From the IMG/VR virus record IMGVR_UViG_3300019781_000014, positions 1 to 42,624 of that record: a stretch of 42,624 nt of DNA; one strand, 5' to 3'. Source of the DNA: a virus. Lineage: Duplodnaviria; Caudoviricetes. The notes under the pieces are model-generated. The model ran no database searches. It had not been told where the DNA came from and saw only the letters and a list, made by a program, of their open reading frames with translations. Position numbers and translations under genes: made by a program. Shown here in pieces: positions 28,025-35,638 of the stretch; positions within the stretch are counted from its first letter, which is position 1, and each line of letters starts with the position of its first letter.

Positions 28025-29959
28025 TTAGTAGTCCTTTGTACAGTTAACAGAAATAGTATCGTTGATACCAGAGTTGAAGAAAGCCAACTTGTCTTTGAGC
28101 GAAGAGCCTTTAATCCGCTGGTTGGCAATAGCCTGATCGATAATGTAATCTTTGGAGATAACTACAACCTTGGTCCTTGCTCTAGTCTCTCCTGTGTAGA
28201 ACAGCTCACGGAACAGCATGATTGCATGATCTTTGTGAAGCAGAATAAAGACCTTGCGCCACTCAGAACCCTGTGCTTTGTGGACAGTAAGACAGTAGCC
28301 AAGAGAGAAGGAAGCCTCTGAGAAATCTCCTGCTGCTGTGACTTCTTCTTCCATTCCATCGCCATAATCAATGACAACTGAGTGAGAAGCTTGCTGCTTA
28401 CGTTCTCCTTTCTCATCTTCCAGAGCTTCTATGGAGAAGTTAGAATAGTCAAGGTCACCGCCAAAGTCTTCTATGTCAAGGTCAGAATCCACACCGAGGA
28501 TACGAGTACCGAAGCGGCTAAGGTCTTTACCTGCAATCTGAGGTTCTTTGCCATGGTATTGCATGTTACGGTTAATGCTTTTAATAACACCGTCCCGCTT
28601 ATTGAACATGACCTTATCGCCTACTGCTAGGTACAGTCTATTAAAGCCTGCGATAATCTCATGAACTACAGCACCCCGCTTCTGGCCAACGAACTGTGCA
28701 ATCCACTTATTCATTGCATTAGTTCCAAGGTGAAGATCAGACTTCTCCCCGCGCCCACCCTGTTTGTTAAAGGGGCTAAGAACCATATCATTCTCTACGT
28801 CATACTCTGGAAGCCCATCATCCCCAATGGTTTCTGCGAGAACCTTGAGCATGTTAGTAACCACAGAGCACATCTTACCTTGGCCAAGCTGAGTAGGATT
28901 CTTGCCGCGAACAATGTGGAAGTCCTTGTCTTCTACCAGCTTACGTCCATTAAGAATGTTATGTGCATTCTCAAGAACAATACCTTGGTTCCTATAAACT
29001 TCTGTGAGTTCTACGATAGGCAGCTGAGTCAGGGCATAGTTCAGAATAGAAGGGCCAAAGACAGGAGGCAGCTGGTTAATGTCACCAACAAAGATAATCT
29101 GCACACCTGCGGGTAGAGCATCATAGAGCTTTTCCCAGAGATCAAGTCCAAGCATAGAAGCTTCTTCGATCACAAGGTGAGTGATGGTCAGAGGATTATC
29201 TGCTGTGCGAGTAGGAGCAAAGCGGAACTTCTCTTTCTGCTCAATAGAATCCCAATAAGTCTCAGGACGATACTCTAGGAGAGCATGGATCGTCATGATG
29301 TTATAGGCCAGCTTCTCTGCAAGGACCGGGTCCTTATGAATAGCTTTGCGGAGATTGCTTGCAGCCCTTCTTGTATAAGCCACGAAAGCAATAGAAGGTG
29401 CATCCTTCATGGAAGAGTAACCAGTAGCTACATCAAGATGCTTATAAGAACTCATCTCAAGGCGACCATCTTCCAGAAGTGCGCCAGCTACTGCTCGCTG
29501 CGCCGTAGTCTTACCTGTGCCAGCAGGGCCAATAAGACAGAAGCTTTTACCTTGGAATGCAAAGTCTTTAGCTACCAGCTGCTTGTCATTCAGGACAATG
29601 TTAAGAGAGAAGGATTCCTGAGTACCTGCTGGCCCTTTGAACATAGCTTCTGCAAGCTCAGTAGGAATAGGCTCAGGAGCCATCTCTTCTTCCGCTGCCA
29701 ATTCTGCCAGCCTTTTGAGCCGAAGCTTTTCAAGGAAATTATTAGGCTTAGCAATGCTAGTATCAGCAACTCTTGGAGCCTCTGCTTGCTCTTCCAAGAC
29801 ATGTTCAAAGACTGCAAGCTGCTGTGCTTCTGACAAGCCTTCGAGAGATTCTTTAGAGAAGCTAAGCTCAGCTTTCTTGGCAGCAAGGAGAGTAGATACA
29901 AAGCTGTTACGCTGTGCATTATGTTCTACAAGCTTTTTTGTTAGGGTTTCGAGAGACAT
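28025..29959 (-). CDS. RecD/Dda-like SF1B DNA helicase
   Basis: GPAGTGKTT, TIHALL, EEASM, GDINQLPPV, LTEVYRN, GDKVM, YCLTVHKAQGSEW, YTGETRA. Confidence 0.92.
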   Translation of the reverse strand: MSLETLTKKLVEHNAQRNSFVSTLLAAKKAELSFSKESLEGLSEAQQLAVFEHVLEEQAEAPRVADTSIAKPNNFLEKLRLKRLAELAAEEEMAPEPIPTELAEAMFKGPAGTQESFSLNIVLNDKQLVAKDFAFQGKSFCLIGPAGTGKTTAQRAVAGALLEDGRLEMSSYKHLDVATGYSSMKDAPSIAFVAYTRRAASNLRKAIHKDPVLAEKLAYNIMTIHALLEYRPETYWDSIEQKEKFRFAPTRTADNPLTITHLVIEEASMLGLDLWEKLYDALPAGVQIIFVGDINQLPPVFGPSILNYALTQLPIVELTEVYRNQGIVLENAHNILNGRKLVEDKDFHIVRGKNPTQLGQGKMCSVVTNMLKVLAETIGDDGLPEYDVENDMVLSPFNKQGGRGEKSDLHLGTNAMNKWIAQFVGQKRGAVVHEIIAGFNRLYLAVGDKVMFNKRDGVIKSINRNMQYHGKEPQIAGKDLSRFGTRILGVDSDLDIEDFGGDLDYSNFSIEALEDEKGERKQQASHSVVIDYGDGMEEEVTAAGDFSEASFSLGYCLTVHKAQGSEWRKVFILLHKDHAIMLFRELFYTGETRARTKVVVISKDYIIDQAIANQRIKGSSLKDKLAFFNSGINDTISVNCTKDY

Positions 29960-30192
29960 TATTTTTCCTTGTTTCTATTATCAAGTTCTTCAAGAACTTC
30001 TGCGTAGTTTAGCATAGCGTCTCTGTTCATTACAAACTTAATCTGGAACGCATCACCTTTTAGAGACTTACAAATATCATCCGAGCTAAGGGCACATAGC
30101 ATTGCTTCTTCTGCGCTCATAACTCCGAACATATTCACGTAATGCCGCTTTTTCATGTTGAGCAGCAGGTTAGTCATATTGGTTAGAGACAT
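29959..30192 (-). CDS. Hypothetical protein
   Basis: 77 aa, TAATG coupling at both ends. Confidence 0.6.
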   Translation of the reverse strand: MSLTNMTNLLLNMKKRHYVNMFGVMSAEEAMLCALSSDDICKSLKGDAFQIKFVMNRDAMLNYAEVLEELDNRNKEK

Positions 30193-30407
30193 TAGGATTC
30201 CTTGCGAATTCTCTTTGGAAAGAGATAAGGTTTAGTTGGTTGGAAGGCCACTTCTATGCCATCCTTATTATATGCTACCACAGAATATTCAACTGCTAAG
30301 TGGAAGAAGAATGAAGCATGATGGATATTAGAAGTGATCTGTACAGGCTTGTTGTTTTTCATTATGAAGTACATCATGGCTTTAGAACTGGCTTGTGTCA
30401 CAATCAT
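30192..30407 (-). CDS. Hypothetical protein
   Basis: 71 aa, coupled within the early operon. Confidence 0.55.
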   Translation of the reverse strand: MIVTQASSKAMMYFIMKNNKPVQITSNIHHASFFFHLAVEYSVVAYNKDGIEVAFQPTKPYLFPKRIRKES

Positions 30408-30621
30408 TCTCCCAATAATCTACCATAAGATCACGGCTATCTTGAGCATTAGCTTCGTGCTGATATGCTACGCTAATGATCTGCTTAACTGCGCTATTGT
30501 AGACACACCAAAGTGCGCCGCGTTCCCAATAATTCAGCCCGCTCTTAGGACCAAAGTGGTCAATAAGTTCCCATTTATTCATCATCTTTACGACAATGTG
30601 AGAGTAGTTTTCTTGGCTCAT
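30382..30621 (-). CDS. Hypothetical protein
   Basis: Start moved to ATG 30621 (TAAGGAG RBS); 79 aa. Confidence 0.6.
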   Translation of the reverse strand: MSQENYSHIVVKMMNKWELIDHFGPKSGLNYWERGALWCVYNSAVKQIISVAYQHEANAQDSRDLMVDYWENDCDTSQF

Positions 30622-30631
30622 TCTTAGCTCC

Positions 30632-31066
30632 TTAGAAGTCGTCTGGTGCGATACCGCAAGCCAGTGCTGTTTTAGTCTGATAGCCTGATTCATAGCCAAT
30701 AGCTTCTGGCGGGCAAATCTCTTTAAGACATTGCATGAAAGAAGGATCGTGGCTTAGCTTACCATTTCGCAGGAAGTCTATTGCATGAGCCATTTCGTGG
30801 CAAATGTACCAGACTCTGTAATTAAGCTTAGTCTGCTTGCACATAGTAGCACCAAGCTGTCCGAAGATGGCTTCTTGCTTCCAAAGCCACGATGGAACCG
30901 TTATGATCTTCTCGCTGCCGCGACAATAGCCTCTGTCCTGCCCTACAATATAGAACCTCCAGCCGGCTAACATGAGTCTTTCATAACAGGCCATTGCAGG
31001 AGATTCTATTTGTTCTAATGTCTCAGGGATAAGGCAAGACATAGCCAATGCATTACGTGGGATCAT
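30632..31066 (-). CDS. SprT-like zinc metalloprotease
   Basis: RGYC, then ICHEMAHA (HExxH), then H-D-x-x-F (SHDPSF), the SprT/minigluzincin pattern. Confidence 0.75.
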   Translation of the reverse strand: MIPRNALAMSCLIPETLEQIESPAMACYERLMLAGWRFYIVGQDRGYCRGSEKIITVPSWLWKQEAIFGQLGATMCKQTKLNYRVWYICHEMAHAIDFLRNGKLSHDPSFMQCLKEICPPEAIGYESGYQTKTALACGIAPDDF

Positions 31067-31344
31067 AATCTTGCTTTCCTGATAACAACATGTTTAGAAC
31101 CATCAACCCAGATTTGATAAGAGCACATAACTTCTACTGGCCCTTCAATCTCTAGGAAGCTATTAGGCTCTCTTATATCTAAGTGTACTTCAAATGTCCC
31201 ATTGCCTTGAAGATATATTGTAGGCGCAAGGAGAGAAGGCACTATGACAATCCGCTTAATGAAAGCTGCGGAGATATGAGGCAACAGCTTATGATTGTCG
31301 GTAGCTCGGAAGCTTGGCTTGATTGGAAGATCAGAATGGAGCAT
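31063..31344 (-). CDS. Hypothetical protein
   Basis: Start moved into the ATG run after the GGAG RBS (31344-31350); ATGA overlap with the next gene. Confidence 0.55.
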   Translation of the reverse strand: MLHSDLPIKPSFRATDNHKLLPHISAAFIKRIVIVPSLLAPTIYLQGNGTFEVHLDIREPNSFLEIEGPVEVMCSYQIWVDGSKHVVIRKARL

Positions 31345-32620
31345 CATCATTCTCCGGTTTGTTGTTAGATACTGGAACAGTGGCATTCTGCGCACGAAGG
31401 AAAGCGATACGCTCCTTGAAAGACATAGGCTTCTCAGCAGTTGTAGTAGCCGTAGGGATAGCAGTAGGCGCTGCAAACTCATTATCTTCTGCTTCTACCA
31501 TTGGCTGAATAGCAGTACCGGGAAGCTTAGAAGAGAAAGTATCTTCTGTAGGCTTGTCAAATTCTGAGGCTTCCGTTTCTACCAGCTTTGCGCGATAGAA
31601 TGCAATGTTCTTAGCCAGCAGATTTGTCCGGGTATCTCCTAGTTGCTTCAGTCTCTCACAGATAAGCTCAAGCATAACAGGGTCAGCCAGCAGAATGTTT
31701 TGATCTGCAATGATATTGATTAGAAAGCCCTTGAGTTTGGGGCTGATAGTAGAAGAAGCAGCCAGAGAGATAATGATGTCTTTAGCTTCTCTCTTCCATT
31801 GCCTGAATTCCTTTTGAAGAGCTACTGCTGCGCGCTTAGTGGCCACTGTAGTAACTGGCTTAACTCCGCTCTTCTTAACAGTAACTGCCTCTTCGTATGT
31901 CTCAGTGTCTGGCTTATAGACTGCATCGAGAGCTACTTTAAGCCACTCAGACATTCTATGCTGGATGCCACTCTGAAGAATATCACCTGTCAGAATGAGG
32001 GACAGCTTAGGAATCCAGCCAGAGTTATTGGAGTTTACGAAGTCTTCTACAAACAGAATGGCATCGATAAGAATGTCTTTAGCTACTGTTCGGAGAATGG
32101 CATTCTTCTGTGCGCCACTGTCGCTAGGCTGATAACGGAACAAACTGTAGTCGTCAGCCAAGGTTATAAGGATTGCAGCAACAGTCTGAATGTCCAGCTT
32201 ACGAAGATAAGAAGAGCCTTCTTGAGCAAGACCACGTGCATTTCTAAGGTCAGCCAATGGGCTAGAATAACTGAATACACGTCCGGGGATAGCAGGGAAT
32301 GTAATAGCTACTACTGCGCCAGTGTAATCACAGACTGCGGCCACATGCTCATTAGAAAGCGAAAGGTTTATTCTCTTAGAGAACTTCTGCTTAGAACTAG
32401 AAGGCTTAAAGCTGGCACTGCTTCTAGCTGAGATTCTGTTAGAAGTCTCAAGTATGTTAGAGTTGGAACCCTTAGAGGAAGAAGTGGGAGAAGTAGAATG
32501 CTCTACGACTGTCTTATCGCTTCGCGTGGCTTCTACGATGGGTGCTGGCTTATTTTTAGCCTCTTCTAGCATAATAGCTAGATTCTCGAAAGCGTTTGGT
32601 ATTCTGAGAGTATCTGACAT
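31331..32620 (-). CDS. Large hypothetical early protein with disordered termini, ending DDAPF
   Basis: 429 aa, GGAG RBS, first gene of the leftward early operon. Confidence 0.8.
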   Translation of the reverse strand: MSDTLRIPNAFENLAIMLEEAKNKPAPIVEATRSDKTVVEHSTSPTSSSKGSNSNILETSNRISARSSASFKPSSSKQKFSKRINLSLSNEHVAAVCDYTGAVVAITFPAIPGRVFSYSSPLADLRNARGLAQEGSSYLRKLDIQTVAAILITLADDYSLFRYQPSDSGAQKNAILRTVAKDILIDAILFVEDFVNSNNSGWIPKLSLILTGDILQSGIQHRMSEWLKVALDAVYKPDTETYEEAVTVKKSGVKPVTTVATKRAAVALQKEFRQWKREAKDIIISLAASSTISPKLKGFLINIIADQNILLADPVMLELICERLKQLGDTRTNLLAKNIAFYRAKLVETEASEFDKPTEDTFSSKLPGTAIQPMVEAEDNEFAAPTAIPTATTTAEKPMSFKERIAFLRAQNATVPVSNNKPENDDAPF

Positions 32621-32684
32621 TCTATAAGCTCCAAGGTTAGAATGATATGGTCTAGTTGATGCGCTTATTTCTTCACGCCCCGTA

Positions 32685-32714
32685 AGGATAGCACAGATTA
32701 AAGGATCATGGCGA
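32685..32714 (-). promoter_or_regulatory. Putative leftward early promoter (extended -10)
   Basis: TCGCCA-18 nt-TATCCT with TGTG just upstream of the -10 box, about 65 nt before the ATG at 32620. Confidence 0.5.
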
Positions 32715-32770
32715 TTGTATTATTAAATCAAGGTCGCATGGTCGATAGATTTTCTCGATCACTGGATGCG

Positions 32771-33106
32771 TCCGGTCATGTGGGTCATGTGGGTCAGCAT
32801 GGGGAGGGGTGCCGCAGTATGTAGGTGTGTGGCATTCTGTAGATAATAGCCATCTGTTAGCCAGTAGTCTAGCTAAGTGGCTGCTAATGAGCGTTAGCGA
32901 ATTGTCTTTTATGTGTGTATTCAAATTTTTTGGTTTATTCTTAATCCCTTAAATAATTTTTATATGGGGTATATACTTTCCTTCCTAGCAGTTTAGCTGT
33001 AAGCTAGGGCTCTATTATGGGCATCTGTATATAAGGTGAATAGGGCCATGTGCATTCCACCGGGGCCGGGGCTATAGTGCTGATTGGCATGATCGGCATG
33101 ACCTGA
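32771..33106. repeat. Imperfect 29-bp inverted repeats with 9-bp periodic CATGA units flanking an AT-rich core (origin or terminus-like)
   Basis: Reverse complement of 32771-32799 (TGCTGAcccaCATGAcccaCATGACCgGA) against 33078-33106 (TGCTGAttggCATGAtcggCATGACCtGA): 21/29 identical. Confidence 0.7.
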
Positions 33107-33212
33107 ATGATCGATTGACTGATTCCGCAGAATAGGCTTCTAATAGCTAGAATCTACTGGCTTACCAGAATCTACCGTTCGTCGGCTTATGTGAATATTT
33201 CTCTGAGAGGTG

Positions 33213-33240
33213 TTGACAAGCTGCAAAACTGGCCTACAAT
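33213..33240 (+). promoter_or_regulatory. Sigma70-type rightward early promoter
   Basis: TTGACA-16 nt-TACAAT; same hexamers as the promoter at 25725-25753. Confidence 0.8.
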
Positions 33241-33339
33241 AGCGCCATGCACCGCAGAGATTGCGGCCATAAACAACCCGCTCATAAGAGCAAGCCCCGC
33301 TAGAGGTTTTCTAGTAATCAGTTGGAGCTTAGAAGCATC

Positions 33340-33921
33340 ATGGAAAATATCATCATTGACGTTAGCAAGAAAATCGACGGTAAGTATGTTAAGCAAGGCG
33401 AAGTGCCAATTGTGGTGCCGGTCTTGTCCGACATTGCTTCTTTGGTTGTTGCTGCGAAGATCACCGGCACAGAAGACGGCTTGCCAGTGTATGACGCTGA
33501 TGAAGCTAATTGGATTCAATCGGCTATGCTGGCTTACGTTAAAGCTAATGCCCGTAACAAACTGAAACCCGGCACGGCGGAAGTTAAAGAAGGCCTTAAA
33601 ATTCCTACTAATTGGGCCGAATTGTGCGCTGAAGGCGAACGTGGCGGTAACGGTGCTGCGCTTCAGCTGGCCCGTGAAGTTAAAGAAGCCTTCGCAACAT
33701 GGGCCAATACCCTTGGCAAGAGCGCAGCCACTGTTAAAGTTATGGTGTCTTACTTCTCCAATAAGACGGCGCTGGAGCTTGCTACGGAAGACCATAAGGG
33801 CAAGCTGAAAGCCTATGTCGAGCAGTTCGCCGTTAGCCTGGACCCTGAGACGCTGGAGCGTTATGAGCGTCCTATCCAGTCGATCATGGAAGTCTGCGAC
33901 ACTGTTACGGCTGACTTCTAA
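33340..33921 (+). CDS. Hypothetical protein, monocistronic early gene
   Basis: Start moved to ATG 33340; 193 aa; has its own promoter and terminator. Confidence 0.8.
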   Translation: MENIIIDVSKKIDGKYVKQGEVPIVVPVLSDIASLVVAAKITGTEDGLPVYDADEANWIQSAMLAYVKANARNKLKPGTAEVKEGLKIPTNWAELCAEGERGGNGAALQLAREVKEAFATWANTLGKSAATVKVMVSYFSNKTALELATEDHKGKLKAYVEQFAVSLDPETLERYERPIQSIMEVCDTVTADF

Positions 33922-33940
33922 GCCACTGGCCTAGCCCCAT

Positions 33941-33970
33941 AAGAGCCCGCTCTAATCAGCGGGCTTTTTT
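33941..33970 (+). terminator. Rho-independent terminator
   Basis: AGCCCGCT-ctaatc-AGCGGGCT followed by a T tract. Confidence 0.9.
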
Positions 33971-34060
33971 ACGTCTGGACCTTTTAGAAGCAATCGCGCC
34001 TGGTCGACTAGTCGCCGCCTGGTCAAGTCTTCTAGCCTTCGATCATCCGACAGACGGTGC

Positions 34061-34089
34061 TTGCGTCTTCTAAGCTTGCGTGAGATACT
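34061..34089 (+). promoter_or_regulatory. Putative sigma70 promoter
   Basis: TTGCGT-17 nt-GATACT with TG extension, about 30 nt before the ATG at 34122. Confidence 0.6.
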
Positions 34090-34121
34090 ACAAGCCTCAC
34101 TAACTTATCTAGGGGTTTATT

Positions 34122-34286
34122 ATGTCCAAGCGCAAAGTGTCCAAGCCAATCACAATGGCCGATCTGATTAAAGACGACATTAGGGCATTCGGTATTAAAG
34201 ACGCTGCAATTATTGCATTTGAAGAGCGAGGGATTGCAATAGGCTTATTCTATTTCATTGCATTCGGTAAGCGCCGCCCTATCTAA
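34122..34286 (+). CDS. Small hypothetical protein (not in ORF track)
   Basis: 54 aa MSKRKVSKPITMADLIK...GLFYFIAFGKRRPI; AGGGG RBS. Confidence 0.6.
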   Translation: MSKRKVSKPITMADLIKDDIRAFGIKDAAIIAFEERGIAIGLFYFIAFGKRRPI

Positions 34287-34304
34287 TCATTAGGAGAATC
34301 TATT

Positions 34305-34541
34305 ATGTCCAAGAAATACTATTCGGTCATTGCAATTGATAATGTCAATCCGGGTTATTCAATTCAATTCGGAGATTATGAGCAATCAGTAGCAATGATA
34401 GAAGCTATTGAAATGGATCAATCAGGAGATTGGATTAGAGTTAAGGTAATTAAGACAGATGATAATCAAGCTGCTATTGAATTAGAATGCGCGCGAGTTA
34501 ATGAGGAGTTGTTCAAGGCTGCTTTGATTGGAGATCAATAA
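34305..34541 (+). CDS. Hypothetical acidic protein
   Basis: 78 aa, AGGAG RBS. Confidence 0.7.
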   Translation: MSKKYYSVIAIDNVNPGYSIQFGDYEQSVAMIEAIEMDQSGDWIRVKVIKTDDNQAAIELECARVNEELFKAALIGDQ

Positions 34542-34744
34542 TGCCACGTGGAATCTATCAACGCAAGCCAATTGCGAAAACCATTCGAGACAATCTAATG
34601 CGCCGCGAATTGAGGATGCTATTTGAATTAGAGTCTTTTCTAATTGATGTCGATAATGCGGTAGAGTCTAATGATCTTCCGGCTATTGATAGGAGGATGA
34701 TGCTTAATAGAATCCGCCAGCTAATAGGTGACGAAGTGAAGTGA
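34541..34744 (+). CDS. Hypothetical protein
   Basis: 67 aa, GGAG RBS, TAATG coupling; MPRGIYQRKP N-terminus. Confidence 0.65.
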   Translation: MPRGIYQRKPIAKTIRDNLMRRELRMLFELESFLIDVDNAVESNDLPAIDRRMMLNRIRQLIGDEVK

Positions 34745-34780
34745 TAGAATCCAGCCTCTTGATTATCTCCTCCATCAATT

Positions 34781-34810
34781 AGCCTACCCCGCCCGGTGGG
34801 CTTTTTTTTG
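34781..34810 (+). terminator. Rho-independent terminator
   Basis: AGCCTACC-ccgccc-GGTGGGCT followed by a long T tract. Confidence 0.85.
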
Positions 34811-34964
34811 TTCCTGCTAGGCGCGCGGGTATCAATACTACCTCTCGCATTTTTCTAAACTTTTTACGAATCGCCATTATCTCGCTTCTCTCACAGCATC
34901 ACGTTATCAACAGGTTTCCATCTCCTAAGAATCGCTTCTCTTCTAAGCTTCTTCGGGCAAGGTC

Positions 34965-34975
34965 TGTGATAGAAT
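34965..34975 (+). promoter_or_regulatory. Candidate late promoter (extended -10, no clear -35)
   Basis: TGTGaTAGAAT about 40 nt upstream of the first gene of the structural arm. Confidence 0.45.
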
Positions 34976-35013
34976 GTCCTTAAAGAGCTACGACCATTCC
35001 CATTTCCCTTTAT

Positions 35014-35637
35014 ATGAACATTCTTATAGCCTGTGAATACTCTGGCAGAGTGCGAGATTCTTTCCGTAAGCGGGGTCATAATGCTTATTCCTGTGACCTA
35101 CGGAAGCCTGATCTCCCATCTCCTTATCATATTCAGTGCGATGTGAGAGAGCTTCTTAAGCCAAACTGTTGGGATGCTATGATAGCTTTCCCCTATTGTA
35201 CTTATAACTCTCTTTCTGGAATTCAGTGGCTCTATCATCCAGAAGATACATCTCTTCCACCAGACGAGCGTAGAAGGCATCCTAAGTATCCTGAGAGGAT
35301 GAAGGACTTCCTAGAAGGTATTGAGTTCTTTAAGACTCTCCAAGAAGCGCCTATTCCTCTAATAGCTCTTGAGAACTCAAAACCTCACAATGCAGCTAAG
35401 CAGCTTATAGGACCTGCTACTCAGTATATTCAACCCTGGATGTTTGGAGAACCTTACTCTAAGCTTACAGGCTTGTGGCTTAAAGGCTTTCCACCACTTA
35501 AGTCTACGCATACTCGACATGATTACGATGAGATATTTGCAGAAGTGCATAGTATGTCTCCTCATAAGGACCGAGAGAAAGATCGGAGTAGGACTAGAAT
35601 ATGTGTAGCCGAGGCTATGGCAACTCAATGGGGCTAA
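35014..35637 (+). CDS. Short phage DNA cytosine-C5 methyltransferase-like protein
   Basis: ILIACEYSG..R (motif I variant), SCDL, AFPYCT (motif IV), ALENS (motif VI), QPWMFG, K.T.LW, RSRT, AEAMATQW. Confidence 0.75.
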   Translation: MNILIACEYSGRVRDSFRKRGHNAYSCDLRKPDLPSPYHIQCDVRELLKPNCWDAMIAFPYCTYNSLSGIQWLYHPEDTSLPPDERRRHPKYPERMKDFLEGIEFFKTLQEAPIPLIALENSKPHNAAKQLIGPATQYIQPWMFGEPYSKLTGLWLKGFPPLKSTHTRHDYDEIFAEVHSMSPHKDREKDRSRTRICVAEAMATQWG

Positions 35638-35638
35638 T

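Noticed and set aside
23815-31344. Known nucleotide-sponge anti-defence genes (Acb2, Tad1, Tad2)
   Set aside because: No small ORF resembled the sequences I recall; remote homology cannot be excluded without HMM searches.
32706-32924. 72-aa ORF with PHADPHDPHD repeat
   Set aside because: Its repeat is the translation of the 9-bp DNA repeat arm; TTG start; better explained as non-coding.
32771-33175. CRISPR mini-array next to a Cas4-like gene
   Set aside because: The repeats are short, degenerate and partly inverted with no repeat-spacer periodicity; the Cas4-like gene sits in an ordinary exonuclease-Sak4-SSB recombination module.
33187-33795. 202-aa minus-strand ORF and 124-aa alternative plus-strand ORF
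   Set aside because: Both overlap the better supported 33340-33921 gene and its promoter.
32620-35010. tRNA or other known ncRNA genes
   Set aside because: No cloverleaf or T-loop GTTCRA context found in the intergenic DNA.
34891-35079. 62-aa minus-strand ORF
   Set aside because: Overlaps the methyltransferase-like start and candidate promoter in antisense; no RBS; isolated orientation.
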